Shown: positions 41,040 through 54,795 of the stretch, piece by piece
Layout: every line of letters begins with the position of its first letter
How positions within the stretch are numbered: the stretch's first letter is position 1
Assembly (NCBI GenBank): GCA_951406725.2
Contig: OX597824.1
Coordinates: 64,108,001-64,172,000, forward strand
DNA: 64,000 bases
Direction of reading: 5' to 3'
Source: Octopus vulgaris
Lineage: Eukaryota
Translations under genes and position numbers: made by a program
The notes under the pieces: generated by a model
What the model was told of the DNA's origin: nothing
Database searches by the model: none
What the model saw: only the letters and a program-made list of their open reading frames with translations

Positions 41040-42382
41040 TGTTTCTTGTTTATGTTTGTTTTGTTGAAGATTAACATTTGGTTCAAGAGCTATTATTTGT
41101 AAGACAAGAAAAAGCAGGAACTAAAGAGAAGTTAGTATTTCATGTTTGAGCAATAAAGGGGATGCTGCTGCATCAGTTTATTGAAAAAGTTATACTTAGT
41201 ATGTTTGCTGTACTCTGTGTTATCCACAGGCAACATCTGGGTGCAAATAACCTAAATGGTGGACTTAACAAACCATTGATCTCTGTTATCACAGTAGTAA
41301 ATAAAATCAAGGTACATGCATTCAATTCCTCACTGTTTCAATAACTTTACACTGAAAACAATAAGGATTTGGAACATTTGTTGTTGCACACAGAAGTTCA
41401 ATGGCTATTAAAGGGAACTGCCTAGAAGTTTCTATTCCTTTTTTTTTAAAACAATTACTGAATTCTTGTAAGAGTCTTATTCTGTTCTTTGTGATGAACC
41501 AAGAAACATCAAGCATGACATTGCTTATATGACAAGTATATTCACAAAGTTCAATGAAGTTAATTTGTGACAAGGAAATGAAGTAAGATCAGCCCTCTCC
41601 ACATTTCTGTCCAGGTTACAGTTATTCAAATGTAACATAAGCTGTTGTGAGTTCTTCCAGTTTTCAAGCTTCCCTGAACTGGAGAAGGAAAAGCGCATAC
41701 CAGAAAATGACATTCATGTGTACTGTTCACACCTGGATGAGCTGCACAGAGACATGGCTGATAGATTTCAGGAAATCTATTTTTGATTAAAATACCAGTC
41801 TTTGTTGATACCTAGATATCAGTAATAAGAAAACAAGAATAGTGGAAGAACTTGTTTCACTTTAAAATGATCTTGAGCTGAGGCCAAAGTTCAAAAGATT
41901 ATATCATGATTTTGTATTGCAAAAGGACATTTCTGACTGCTACCCTGCACTGTGTAACAAAGTCAAAAATGTACCTTATTGCCTTCCCAACATTATATTT
42001 TGTAGAGCAAGACTTCAGTACAGTTGCCCAGTTTCTCTCTAAACAAAGAAACAGACTGAAAATTGTTGAACGCAGGGATCTAAAACTACTTCTTAGTACT
42101 TTTCAGCCTAATATCAAGAAGCTGATATCCTTGCACAATGTACATCTATCCCAATAAAAATATGAAAACAATGTAATTACAGGTGGGGTGTAAATTTGCT
42201 CTTTCATGCTGTAAAAACAGCAAAATAATGGGTTAACTAGGTTATGCTTTATCTGTGAAGTACAGTTGTTTTGAATTCACAATAGAAGGAGGTTTATGTT
42301 TGTGGTGATGTGTGGCAAGGGCACTATAAATGTGACTAGTGTGCTGGTGGAAGGGGTTCCAAAAGATGTCTGGAAACTGCTG
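41040..42382 (+). mobile_element. hAT Buster/Charlie-like transposase pseudogene, 3' part
   Basis: CVIHRQHL, LLLHTEVQWL.KGNCL, AFPTLYFVEQDFS..SKQRNRL..DLKLLLS..PNIKKL; stops and frameshifts; terminus gaaactgctg. Confidence 0.85.
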
Positions 42383-42539
42383 AACAAGAGCAACAAATAA
42401 GAACAACCACAGTATACAGTCTGAGAAGCTCAGCCTATGGTTTTATAGTTTAAGCATTTTCTGCCTCAGATCAGTGATGTCTGTGTAGTTGATATTTAGT
42501 TTGAACTTATCTTACATAGTCAATATCTTACAATCACAT

Positions 42540-42900
42540 TCTTTATAGGGCAATGTTTGTTGGGAATATCTGGGCAGGGAGAAAGTTCCAGAACACTGGT
42601 AATTCTGGTTCCATTGGACTAGGAGAAGTGTTTGAGGAAGAGTGATAAAAGTAATGGGAGGATGGAGCATGAAGTGAGCTTGAGCAAGTAGGGTATTCAG
42701 GTTGTTCGTTCAGTGATGTAGTAGAGACAGGTGGAGGATATGCAAATTAATTGGCAAATGATTTGTGATTAACAGCTTGGAAACCAGCTGGATGAACTCT
42801 TGTTTTAACAGATTCTAGAACACTAGATCCCAATTCCAGGTCTGAGAACTCATGAGGTTCAATGAAGTAGTACTGGGGGGGGGGTCTTTAGACTGAGTTC
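42540..42900 (-). mobile_element. Decayed PLE GIY-YIG relic
   Basis: CISSTCLYYITERT..LKHF resembles the C..C..YIGET.R..HF motif. Confidence 0.3.
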
Positions 42901-45468
42901 CAAATATGTTGAGTAGAGAGACTTTTCAAAATACTAAAGTCCATAAAAAAATTCATTTAAAGAAAAGGTAGTTTAGCTAGTGAAAAGGCTACCAATCTAA
43001 AATGGTTAAAAATAGTTGATATATTATCTTAAGTATGTGATCTGCATTTTACTGGAGATCTACTGTGCATGTGTGCATACATGTTTGGCTTCAAGCTCTT
43101 GCTTGGTGTGGCTGGGTTCATTCCAAGTTAGTGGTCCCAGAGGTGTCATCATGCATAGAGTTGACCAGGTCCACTAGTGCTCTCCACTGCTGGTGGTCCC
43201 ATACCAACCCCGCTGCATCCTCCAAGGAAGTATTGAGTAGATTTACTTTGTTTGTTACAACACAGTTTGCTACTTACAGACACACCCACTTCATGTTACA
43301 GAACCATAGTGTTCCTAAAAGTCTTGCTGTAGTGTGAACTTCCTGTAAATTTAATTGTATTTTTTTCCCACTGACTCACCAGTTACAGGCAAATCAAATG
43401 AATAAGGAACCAATGAGAAAATATATTTTGCATTAAAACAGAATTTGCAAACATATTATGTTTTTCCTCCATACTGGCCTGAAGGTGTGTGGCCTAGAGG
43501 TTAAGGTGTACCACTCACAATCACAAGATCGTGGTTTCATTTCCTGGACTGGGTGGTGCATTCTACTATGATAATTTTTTTTTTCTTCTGACTACTCACT
43601 TCATCTTTAGTGTTAATTTGCAATATTACATCAACCATAGAGCATGGCTTTTATTTAGCAAGTTACAAGGCAACCCCACCAATACCAGTGCCACTAAAAA
43701 TCATCCACTACTCTCTGTTAGTGGGGGTAAATCAAATCACACAGTGAAAATACAGGTCTTGAGAGCATTCTTTAGTCTTGCTGGTGAAAGGCAACATCTG
43801 TAGTGCTGGTGTCTCGACAATAAATTCACCCAAAACATTTTGTACAGTGATTGGTGTTAGAAGGGACATCCAACCAGTGAAACCATGTCAAAATTGAAAC
43901 ATCAGAGCAAGACAAGGTCTTCTGACTTGAATCCTGTCAAAGGGTCCAACCCATGCATCATCATCATCGTTTTAATATCTGCTTTTGCATGTTTGCATGG
44001 GTCAGATAGAGTTCACTAAAGCAGATTTTCTACCACTGGACACTTTTCCTGTCATCAATACTCATCTGTTTCCACCCCATGATCAGACATGTTTTCACAG
44101 AATATTGGAAATGAGTGACACAGCTTGTATGGCAATGACACATATCTACACATATCAACTGATGTCAAGACAAGGAGACACAAACACATACTTAAACAAA
44201 CACACATATATATACATAAGCAAAGTTTAAGTTAGTTCAAATATATTTGTAACATTTTAACTGCTAAAAAGCAAATTCATTGCAGTTACTATGGAAAAAG
44301 ATTCTCTCATATGGTAAAAAGCTGTAAAACACCATATCTGTCCAGTGTCACCACTTATCATGATTCCCAGGCATGATGTCTCTAGCTCCTTAGTTTTTAT
44401 CAATGAGAAATACTTAAAAGAGCAAGTCTGGATAGACCTTATCAAAGCAGAGCTTCAGATAAGATATAGTCAACAACATTGACTGATTTGCACCAGTAGA
44501 CTGCCATGGTCATGAAAATTACTGTAATATCATCAGTGCTATGCAGTGTTTAGGCATAAGCAAAGTCTAGGTTAGTTAAAATGAGTTTGTGATATTTCAG
44601 CTGCTAAAAGGCATGTTCAATGCAGTTAATCTGGAGAAATATTCTCTCTTATGTAAAAACACCATATCTGTCCAGGCTTCTTTCAGTTTCCATCTACCAA
44701 ATCCACTCACAAGGCTCTGGTCAGCCTGAGACTATGGTAGAAGACACTTGCCTATGGTGGAACTGAACTTAAAACCATGTGGCTCAGAAGTAAACTTTTT
44801 AACAACACAGACACGTCTGCACCTACAGATCCCCACCTGTAGACATTGCTAGCAAGGAAAACAAATCTAAAATAATGAAGATGATGATAATAATTTACAT
44901 CTAAACTACATTACAATTATTTTCATCTCTAATCATCAACAAGTGTCTTACTCATGCATAGTATAACAGTCCCAGGGAGGATTTGAACAACAAATCTATA
45001 TCTTTAAACCAACTGTGAGTGACACTCTTAATCACCTGATCATTAGTGTATGTCCATGGAAATGAAGGATTTTACCTTCACAGATACATATCAATAATTA
45101 CTGGTCTTGAAATTTCAGGCATTTAATCAGTATACAGGTTTGTGTCCAAGTAGCCTTAATAAATTATGCTACAACAAGAAAAGCATATCTTATGAGAAAT
45201 TGCCTTGAACTGTAGTTCTTTGTAGAGATTAAAATCACGTACACCACCCAACCTCTATCTTATCTGATATATCGACAGAAGAACAGTATGAATATGTAAA
45301 CAAGACAGGATGATAAAGAAGCATATATCATGGTTTCGTTAATAGTTTTAGATAACCATGTAGTTGCAAAGAGAGACATACAACTCTTTTATACAAAATC
45401 CATATATATATGTGTGTATGTGTGTGGAGAAATATATGTATGAACATCCATATAAACACACACACACA

Positions 45469-45499
<31 letters not shown>

Positions 45500-45856
45500 A
45501 TTTTTATCTGCTTCAGTCACTGGACTGCGGCCATGCCAGGGCACTGCCTTGAAGGTTTTAGTCGAACACATCAACCGCAGTACACTTTGTTACATCTGGT
45601 ACTAATTCTGTTGGTAAGCCTTTCCAAACTGCTAAGTTACAGGAATGTAAACAAACCAACACCACTCATCAGATGGCAGTCAGGTCTCACTCACACATGC
45701 ACCGCTGTTCGAAAAATAGTTCGTTTCTATGTTTTTGTTTTTATGTTTTCGTTTCTCATTGTGTTCAACATTTTTTTGATGTCCTATACCCATATATGCA
45801 TGTATATATACATATATATGTAGGTATGTACATATATGTATGTGTATATATGCATA

Positions 45857-45898
<42 letters not shown>

Positions 45899-46169
45899 CA
45901 TATATCTATGTATGTATACATATAAATATATATACACATACACACATACAAACATATATATATATACACACACACATATGTATACACATACGTATATATA
46001 CATATAGTATATATAGCATATCTTGTGTGTACATAGATGTATGACTGGTACTGCTGAGTTAGACCTCAACATAGATCATCATCAGCAAGCATGCCACTAG
46101 TATAGTGGTTTGGTCACTACAATACTCAGTAGTATCACCCGTTATGATATACAGAGAAAATGTGGGACA

Positions 46170-46490
46170 AATTATGATAGATACAAATTCATATTTTTTG
46201 TTCCTCACCAAGATTTCAGCATTGTGGTTATTTGCAATGTCAGCATTGGATGTTCGAAATGCAACTGGATCCTGATCCACAACAAATCGTCAAGGGCATG
46301 TACTTTATTGCATTATGTTAGCTCAACTACAAAGATTTGTGTAACATAGTGCAATAAAGTGTTCCCTGATAAATCTATTCAGGTCTAGCATCCTACTCCA
46401 CTTGAAACATACAGCGAAGTGGTTGCAAGTAACCACAACAGTGAAATGTATGCAGAAAACGAATTATATAAATTTGTGTTTGTCATAATT
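46170..46490 (+). mobile_element. Second copy of the 10233-type inverted-repeat PLE relic
   Basis: Terminal inverted repeats aattatgatagatacaaatt / aatttgtgtttgtcataatt; GTTCC CTGATaA ... GAAATGTATGCAGAAAAC; shares cagcattgga, gcaataa.gtgttccc and cacttgaaaca with 10233-10446. Confidence 0.45.
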
Positions 46491-47074
46491 TCACACACAC
46501 ACATGCGTGTGTACACATGTCATCATCATCATCGTTTAACGTCCGCTTTCCATGCTAGCATGGCTTGGGCGGTTCAACCTGAGTCTGGGAAGCCAGGAGG
46601 CTGCACCAGGCTCCAGTCTGATCTGGCAGTGTTTCTACAGCTGGATGCCCTTCCTAACACCAACCACTCCATGAGTGTAGTGGGTGCTTTTTACGTGCCA
46701 CCAGCACAGGTGCCAGGGGAGGCTGGAAACAGCCACAATCGGTTGGTGCTTTTTAAGTGCCACTGGCATGGGGGCCAGACGAGGCAGCGCTGGCATTGGC
46801 CACGTTCGGATGGTGCTTTTTACGTGCCACTGGCGCAGGTATCACAAATTTAGATATATTTATATCATATATGTGTGTGTGTATATGTATATATAGTGGG
46901 AGATAAAAATGATATCAAGTTCAGAAATACATAAAGGAACATGAATTAAGAAGAGAAAATAAAATGAAAAAAAAAAATAGAAAAAATAGAAAAAACAGAA
47001 ACAAATGCATAAAGAATGCAAAAAGAAAAATCACTTTTAAAGTTAGAAAACAAAGAGAATTGCAATTGTCATAC

Positions 47075-47226
47075 CTCCAGAAGATGCATAAGGAACTGGC
47101 CTGGCTGGATTTGGGGCAAAATCATTTCTGAAATTCAAAGAAGAATTATTGCTGTTTAATGGTTGTAACACAGGAACCGCTCCAGGCAGTTGATGTCCAC
47201 GAACACCCATATTTTGTTGGAAGTGT
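47075..47226 (-). CDS. EPS8: Upstream coding exon of the same EPS8-like gene (low-complexity N-terminus)
   Basis: Donor GAG|gtatga; open frame (R)HFQQNMGVRGHQLPGAVPVLQPLNSNNSSLNFRNDFAPNPARPVPYASSG, phase 2-1, joins the 6077 exon in frame (G+AT=Asp). Acceptor is AAG at 47227-47229 (ctaac branch point and pyrimidine tract upstream) or an internal ttcag giving start 47127. Confidence 0.75.
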
Positions 47227-47718
47227 CTTGCAATAATCCAAAGAGTAAGAAGTTAGGAAAATGTTTTCTTTTGAACAAAAACAAAAAATAATGTATGTAC
47301 TGTCAGTTAATTTATGAAGCAAGCTGGGAACTTCAATATAAAGATATATATATATATATATATGAATATGTATATAAATATGTATATAAGTGCGTGTTTA
47401 TGAGTTTGTGTTTACGTGTGTAAGTACTTGAAGCTTTTATGTCTTTGAATTATATTTTTCTCCCTCTGGACAACAGCAGACTCAGTAGGTGTAAAAACAG
47501 GTAAGACAGTCAGAAAATGTAAATAAGAAGTATAATAATGAGTTGGAGGGAATGAAGAGGAAAAGAAGGAGAAGAGGAACAGGTAGAAGGAAGAGATTGA
47601 GAAAGAAAGAAAGAAAAAGAAAAAAGAAGGAAGGAAGGGAAAAGCAGACATCAAATAAAAATGCCATGTGACATTTGAAAAGGAGAGGGAGTAGTAATAA
47701 CAAAAACAAAATGGGTAG

Positions 47719-47783
<65 letters not shown>

Positions 47784-47873
47784 TCTATGAGTTTTTGTTT
47801 CTTTACGTCACTGTGTCTGGTGAAAGGATGTAGTCCTATAATAGAACTGTGTGTGTGTGTGTGTGTGCGTGTA

Positions 47874-47917
<44 letters not shown>

Positions 47918-48544
47918 TGCATTCTGAATAGTGAATTAGCAACAATAGTGAATATTACAAAGGATGCATGTACAGGTGTGTGTGTGTTTAGACACACACA
48001 CACAATACATGCACTCAAGACGGCATTATTTATTGTTTCTATTTCTAGTTTCCATTGTATGGTAACCCACCCATCTGGAACAGTATTCCTTTTTCAAATT
48101 CTATTTAAAAACTATTCAATAATTCTTTTTAACAGTTTTTGAGTGTGCGCAGGCGCGTGTGTGTCCATGCACACACACACACACACACACACTGATGTGG
48201 CTATGTGGTTTTGAGTTCAGTCCCATTGTGTGTCATCTTGGGAAAGTGTCTTCTATTACAGCCCCAAGACAACCAAAGCCTTGTGAGAGGATTTGATAGT
48301 TGGAAACTGAAAGAAGCCTATTGAAAATATGTTTGTGTGTGTGTATGTATGTGTAAGAGTATATGCTTGGATCTCTTTGTCTCAAGACCGATGAATTGAG
48401 GCATTCTGATGAATGGAAAGGTATCCAACTGTGGATAATCAGCCTCAATAATGTTTGTCCAACCCATGCAAGCATGGAAAAGTGGGTATTAAAACAATGA
48501 TGATGATTATATGTACATATATTACACATTTACAAAAACTTACA

Positions 48545-48925
48545 CATGTGGTTCTGGGTTCAGTCTCACTGCATGGCACCTTGGGCAAGTGTTTTTTACA
48601 CTAGCATCAGGTTGACCAAAGCTTTGTGAGTGGATTTGATAGACAAACTGAAAGAAGCCCATCATTTGCATGCGTGTGTGTGTGTGTGTGTGCGTGCGTG
48701 CGTGCGTGTGTGTGTGTCTTTGTGTCTGTCCTGCCATCACCACTTGACAACAAGTGTTGGTGTGTTTACATCCCTGTAACTTAGCAGTTCAGCAAAAGGA
48801 ACCAAATAGAATAAATACCAGGCTTTAAAAAAAAAAAGTCCTGTGGTTGATTTGTTTGACTAAAACCCTTCAAGGCAGTGCAGCAACATGGTTGCAGTCA
48901 AATGACTGAAACAAGTAAAAGAATA
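48545..48925 (+). mobile_element. SINE family A
   Basis: Direct match to 41-507 with internal (GT)n. Confidence 0.85.
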
Positions 48926-48929
48926 TAAG

Positions 48930-49875
48930 TCATCATCATTTTTTAACGCCCATTCTCCATTCTGGCAAGAGTTGGATTGTTTAACAGGGGTTTGGTCAGC
49001 TCGAGGGCTACCCTGGCCCCTGTTGTCTTTCTGCTTTTATGTGGTATCAGCATGGGTGCTTTTATGAGACACTGACATGGATGCTTCTACATGACACCAG
49101 CATGAGCACTTCTATGTGGAAATGGCACAGGCACTTCTATGTGGCACCAGCACGGGCACCTGTATGTGGAACCAGCATGGGCACTTCTACATGGCACTGG
49201 TACAAGCGCTTCTATGTGCACCAGCAAAGGCACTTCTACATGGCACTGGTACAAGCGCTTCTATGTGCACCAGCAAAGGCACTTTTATGAGGCACAGGCA
49301 TAGGTACTTTTACATGGTGCCAGCACCCACAAGCCCACATGACTTGAATCTCTTGGTTGCAAGAAGAGTGTAAAGGATACGCCTGTATGCATGGACAGCA
49401 ATGATTTTACTTAGCTTTGCTGTGTCTTCTCAAGCACAGCAAACCACCTAAAGTCTTGGTCTGTTGTCATGTCCTCCAATGAGACCCAATGTATTGAGAT
49501 CCTTTCTCACCACTTCACCCCACATCTTCCCAGATCTGCTCTTTCCACACTTCCCTCCACAACTAGAGACTGACACTCCTTGATGCGACTGTCGACATCC
49601 ATACCCATCAAGTAACCATATCAGCATGTCTTCTCTCTTGCACACTACATCTGATGCCTCATATACCTGACTTTTTCTCTCAAATCACTTACACTCTAAT
49701 GAACATGCACACTGACATTACCCATCAAGTGGAGCATGCTAGCTTTATTTCTTTCAAGCCTTTACATGTCGTCAGTAGTCACAGCCCATGTCTTACTGCC
49801 ATGTAGCTTAGCTGTTCATATTCAGGTATCATACAATTTGAAGAAGAGGCCCTTTGTTACCAACAAAGGTAGCAG
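48930..49875 (-). mobile_element. RTE LINE 3' end with ~23-bp minisatellite (49040-49330)
   Basis: GSCG.GKSR.GK.W.EVVRKDL..LGL; tandem gtggcaccagcatgggcacttctat units in the 3' UTR. Confidence 0.7.
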
Positions 49876-49894
49876 CTATATAGTTATATCTTTT

Positions 49895-50235
49895 ATCTTT
49901 TATTTGTTTCAGTCATTTTTCTGTAGCCATACTGGGTACCACCTTGAATGAATTAGTCAAACAGACTGACCCCAATGCTTATTTTTATTAAGTTTGATAC
50001 TCATTTACTGGTCTCTTTTGCTGGACTGCTAAGTTATAAGGATGTAAACAAACCCACACCAGTGATGGTGTGGGACAACACACACACACACACACACACA
50101 TAACAGGCTTCTTTCAGTTTCCATCTACCAAATCCACTTACAAGGCTTTAGTCGGCCAGAACTATAGTAGAAGATGATGGCACACAGTGCCATGCAATGA
50201 AACTGAACACAGAATCTTGTGGTTGAGAAGCAAAT
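49895..50235 (-). mobile_element. SINE family A (older copy)
   Basis: Diverged reverse-complement match to 41-507. Confidence 0.75.
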
Positions 50236-50342
50236 TTCTTTCCACAAAGCTATGCTCAATATCTATCTATCTGTCTATCCATCTGTTTGTCTGTATACAT
50301 ACTTACATGCTCATATTTTTTATATTCATATTTTTTATATTA

Positions 50343-50575
50343 AAGGCGGCGAGCTGGCAGAAACGTTAGCACACCGGGCGAAATGCGTAGCCGTATTTCG
50401 TTTGCCGCTACGTTCTGAGTTCTAATTCCGCCGAGGTCGACTTTGCCTTTCATCCTTTCGGGGTCGATAAATTAAGTACCAGTTACACATAGGGGTCGAT
50501 GTAATCGACTTAATTCATTTGTCTGTCTTTGTTTGTCCCCTCTATGTTTAGCCCCTTGTGGGTAGTAAAGAAACA
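50343..50575 (+). mobile_element. tRNA-derived SINE (family C), young
   Basis: Homologous to 2986-3216; CpGs retained. Confidence 0.85.
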
Positions 50576-50694
50576 CATATTTTTTATATACATACACACA
50601 CACACACACACACAACTGGAAAACAGCTCTTAAATTATGATCATCCTGCTGCTGTAGTTTTTCCTGAAAGAAAATCTCTTCCTGTTCTACTCTC

Positions 50695-51100
50695 TCTTTT
50701 ACTCTTTTACTTGTTTCAGTCATTTGACTGCGGCCATGCTGGAGCACCGCCTTTAGTCAAGCAAATCGACCCCGGGACTTATTCTTTGTAAGCCCAGTAC
50801 TTATTCTATCGGTCTCTTTTGCCGAAGTGACGGGGACGTAAACACACCAGCATCGGTTGTCAAGCAATGCTAGGGGGGCAAACACAGACACACAAACAAA
50901 CACACACACATCCATATACATATATATATACATACACGACAGGCTTCTTTCAGTTTCCGTCTACCAAATCCACTCACAAGGCATTGGTCGGCCCGGGGCT
51001 ATAGCACAAGACACTTGCCCAAGATGCCACGCAGTGGGACTGAACCCGGAACCATGTGGCTGGTTAGCAAGCTACCTACCACACAGCCACTCCTGCGCCA
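50695..51100 (-). mobile_element. SINE family A (young, CpG-retaining)
   Basis: Near full-length reverse-complement match to 41-507. Confidence 0.9.
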
Positions 51101-51579
51101 CTCCTGTTCTGTTAAAATGGCAACAAATATCGAAGTGAAATAAACATCATCACAGCAGTGACTAATGGGAGCATTAGACATGTTTTTGCCTTTCTTGAGG
51201 TCATCAATAATATACGCCAATTTGTCACATGCTTGAATGGAATTCACACCTTGATACACAGGAATAGTGAATAACCCTTTCACTGATATTACTGAATGCT
51301 TGCTAGGCTGTAAAAAAGCTCAGCAAACATAACTGAAACAACATTAAATTTAAATAGCCATTTGTATATCATACTAAACATATTTACACCACAGAAAGGT
51401 ATGTATATGAATGCATCCTAATGAGACATGGTTACTAAATGCAGTGATTGTGTGAAGTTTGAAAAGAAATAAAGCAAGTATGCTCTGCTGAATGAGTAAT
51501 TTTAATTTGTTGGTGGTGTTGGTAGAGGTGAAATAAAAATCACATGAAATATTACAAATTAGATTTCACAGCCACTCAC

Positions 51580-51705
51580 CTGGATACTTGCCTTGAGTAA
51601 GTAGGAGCATCAATATGTTGAAAAGTATCAGATTTCATAAAGGCATCTCTTCTCACATCATTGTATCCGAAAGATTCCTCAGATGGCATATAACCATCAT
51701 ATCCA
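51580..51705 (-). CDS. EPS8: Upstream coding exon of the EPS8-like gene
   Basis: Acceptor tttctgtatatgtttcag, donor CAG|gtgagt; 126 nt, only phase 2-2 is open: (S)GYDGYMPSEESFGYNDVRRDAFMKSDTFQHIDAPTYSRQVS(R); joins the 47226/47127 exon in frame. Confidence 0.8.
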
Positions 51706-53171
51706 CTGAAACATATACAGAAATATAAAAGCAATCAGTGTGTTATACAAGACAGCAGAAATGTAGGTGGAATATCAAATAACAAAATAACAATAACAAA
51801 AATACTGAAATGTTACCTTAAAATTATTCAATTAGTTTTCATTATTGAAAATCCTTCCTACACTGGCCCAGTAAGCAAGAAAACTATCACTGAACATTGT
51901 TGCTATTCTTAAATTTTTGTAGGGCTTTCACTGTAAGAATTTCTCAATCACATCAGAAATTTGAGAGTATGAAGAAATACTCTTAGCCCAATATAAAAAT
52001 CATAGAAATATAACTATTACATGAATTAGTATAAAATCTGCTGATACATTATGACAAAAGTGGTGTATTGTTGTTGATCTTTACCTGTTGTCATGTTACT
52101 TTCACCTACCAAAGTAGGTTGAATTTAGTTAAGTTGATTACATGCATTTTCATATATGTATAAGATATTAATTTGTGGGTATTGATTCCCTAACTAAATC
52201 ATTAACAAACAATTATCAACAAATCATTAATAAATAATATCACAGAATTCTAACTCACCACTAAACTTGAAAATCAAAGGGATAAAAATGATCCATAGAA
52301 ATGTACTTCATAAAAAGCAAAAACCTAACCACACATAGTACAAATAGAGAGTTTTGTTAAAGAAAGTTCTTTCTGAAATGAAGCTGAACTGTGTTCTTAG
52401 TTCCAAGCAACACAATTTGAATAGTGGTTTCATGTGGTTTAAGATTTGGCAACAACTGTAGATATCTGCAGTACAGGACTTTAATAGTGGATGCTAAGCA
52501 GGCCTAGAATATCACATTTTTATCTCTTTTCTCAGATACAGTGCAAACAAGATCACACTTTCCAATGTGCTCTCCTTTAAAATGGTAGAGTATGAATTTG
52601 AAGGACAGTCAACAGCTACTTGCAGCAGGCCCAGAATAAATGCTGTCTCATTGTATATGTGGATGGGGGTATCGATTTGAATATGAGTTCTTCAAATATT
52701 TACAATAACATATTACTATATACATCAGTCAGAGAACCATGCAATAAAACTATATTACAGTATATGATGAATATGAGATTTGTAGTTATTCAACCTGACA
52801 AAAAATAGTAGCCCATAGATTTCCTCAAATCACATTCTACAATCTTAAAAATGTGGAAGGACACTTTGGATAATGTCAGTCAAGATACACTGTGTCTAGA
52901 TAAAAGCTGGGATGGTTATGGTTAGAATGCCGGTAGTCACAGATTTATTCAAACAGAATTTAGCAAGGGAAGAACAACAACAATGAAGGTCTTTTGTTTA
53001 TATCTTATCTAACTCAATCTATACAGAAAGGAATTCCCAAAGATTTTTTTCATCTATAAATATGCAGTCTTTAAAATCAATGAGAAAAAATCAATAGCTG
53101 AAAGAAAAAATTCAGAAAAGAAAGCATTTTGACTGCACAAATTTACTTGAAGACAGTAGTTGTGAAGTTAA

Positions 53172-53946
53172 CCATTCTAACATTAACCTGTCTGGGACTA
53201 TAACTGGTTCTATAAAAGAAACTTTCTTTTTAAAGTGAGCTAAATTAAAAACCTTCTCTCAAAACCCCATATTAATTTATGTTCCACCAGCTTAACCCTC
53301 TATCATTTAAACCACCCATATCCAGCCCAAATATTCTTCCTGTTTTATGTTCAAACTGGCCAAGTCTGGCCTCTCTCACATATCCCATAATGACATTCTA
53401 AAAATAAAGTCACATCATTGAAATCTCAAACCTACAAGATAATGCAAGGTTAATTCAAAACTATGTGAATAAATAAGCATACTCTCGGAGTGGTTGACAT
53501 TAGGAAGGGCATCCAGCTGTAGAAACTCAGCCAGATCAAGATTGAAGCCTGGTGCAGCCATCTGGTTCGCCAGCCCTCAGTCAAATCGTCCAACTCATGC
53601 TAGCATGGAAAGTGGATGTTAACAATGATGATGATGATGATTTCATAATGTAATCTGAATGCTAAGGGGTTAATGAGGTCAAAATTATTTTACTAAATTC
53701 TTCATTATTTTTAGTATTAATTCTTTTATTCTTTTATATTCTTTTATTTGTTTCAGTCATCTAACTGTGGCCATGCTGGAGCACCGTCTTTAGTCGAGCA
53801 AATCAACCCCAGGACTTATTCTTTGTAAGCCTAGTACTTATTCTATCGGTCTCTTCTGCCGAACCGCTAAGTGACGGGGACATAAACACACCATCGGTTG
53901 TCAAGCAAAGTTGGGGGCACAAACACAGACACACAAACATATACAT

Positions 53947-53999
<53 letters not shown>

Positions 54000-54196
54000 G
54001 ACAGGCTTCTTTCAGTTTCCGTCTACCAAATCCACTCACAAGGCTTTGGTCAGCCCGAGGCTATAGTAGAAAACACTTGCCCAAGGTACTACACAGTGGG
54101 ACTGAACCCAAAACCATGCGGTTGGTAAGCAAGCTACTTACCACACAGCCACTCCTAAAATCTGTGTATTTCTACTGAAATATGGTAATGAAAGGG
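53172..54196. mobile_element. Nested piggyBac-type MITEs (inner 53296-53669) containing two retroposons
   Basis: TTAA-CC..GG-TTAA ends for both outer and inner elements; the inner family recurs inverted at ~54398-55016. Confidence 0.7.
53735..54157 (-). mobile_element. SINE family A nested in a piggyBac-type MITE
   Basis: Reverse-complement match to 41-507. Confidence 0.9.
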
Positions 54197-54440
54197 TTAA
54201 TGTCTTCAACTGGACTGAGACCACACAGAGGTACCACTTCAAATACCCTAACAATTTCATTCCCACAGCATTGGTCTGCCTCAGGCTATAGATGCCATGT
54301 AGTGGGATTGAAACTAAAACCACATGGTTGCAAAGCAAATTCTTTTTAACTATATAGTCATGCCTGCAACTATAATGCTTGTGTTTTGATTTGTGTAACC
54401 CTTTAACGTTCAGATTTCTTTGTCAAATGTATTACTTATT

Positions 54441-54795
54441 TATTACCTCCGCCATAATGAAGGCAGGGGTATTGTTTTCAGTCGTATTTGTTTGTTTGTC
54501 TGTGGACAAAATATCTCAAGAACCATTGGATGGATTCAGATGAAACTTTCAGGGATGTTTGGCCTTGTGATTAGCACAAACTGATTAAATTTTAGGATCA
54601 ATGTGGTACTGGATTCTGGATTATTTTTCCTGTTTTTACTTAATTTTTGAGAGCAGTTAGGTTCACTTTTAGTATTCTTGTTTGTGAGAGTCGAGTTCAT
54701 TTCAGATATTCTCATTTTAAAAATCATCTCCAGCTAATCATTGAGAGGACACTGATGTTGCCTTGGCAGAGGTTTGTGCTCTCTGAGTGGTCTTG
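54441..54795 (+). mobile_element. Helentron/DINE-1-like (HINE) non-autonomous element
   Basis: Subterminal inverted repeats acctccgcca / tggcagaggt, internal (gttt/gtct) microsatellite and short 3' stem-loop; inserted in a piggyBac-type MITE. Confidence 0.55.

Noticed and set aside
49040-49330. Regularly spaced short repeats resembling a CRISPR array
   Set aside because: Contiguous degenerate ~23-bp minisatellite in an RTE 3' UTR; no unique spacers; eukaryotic context.
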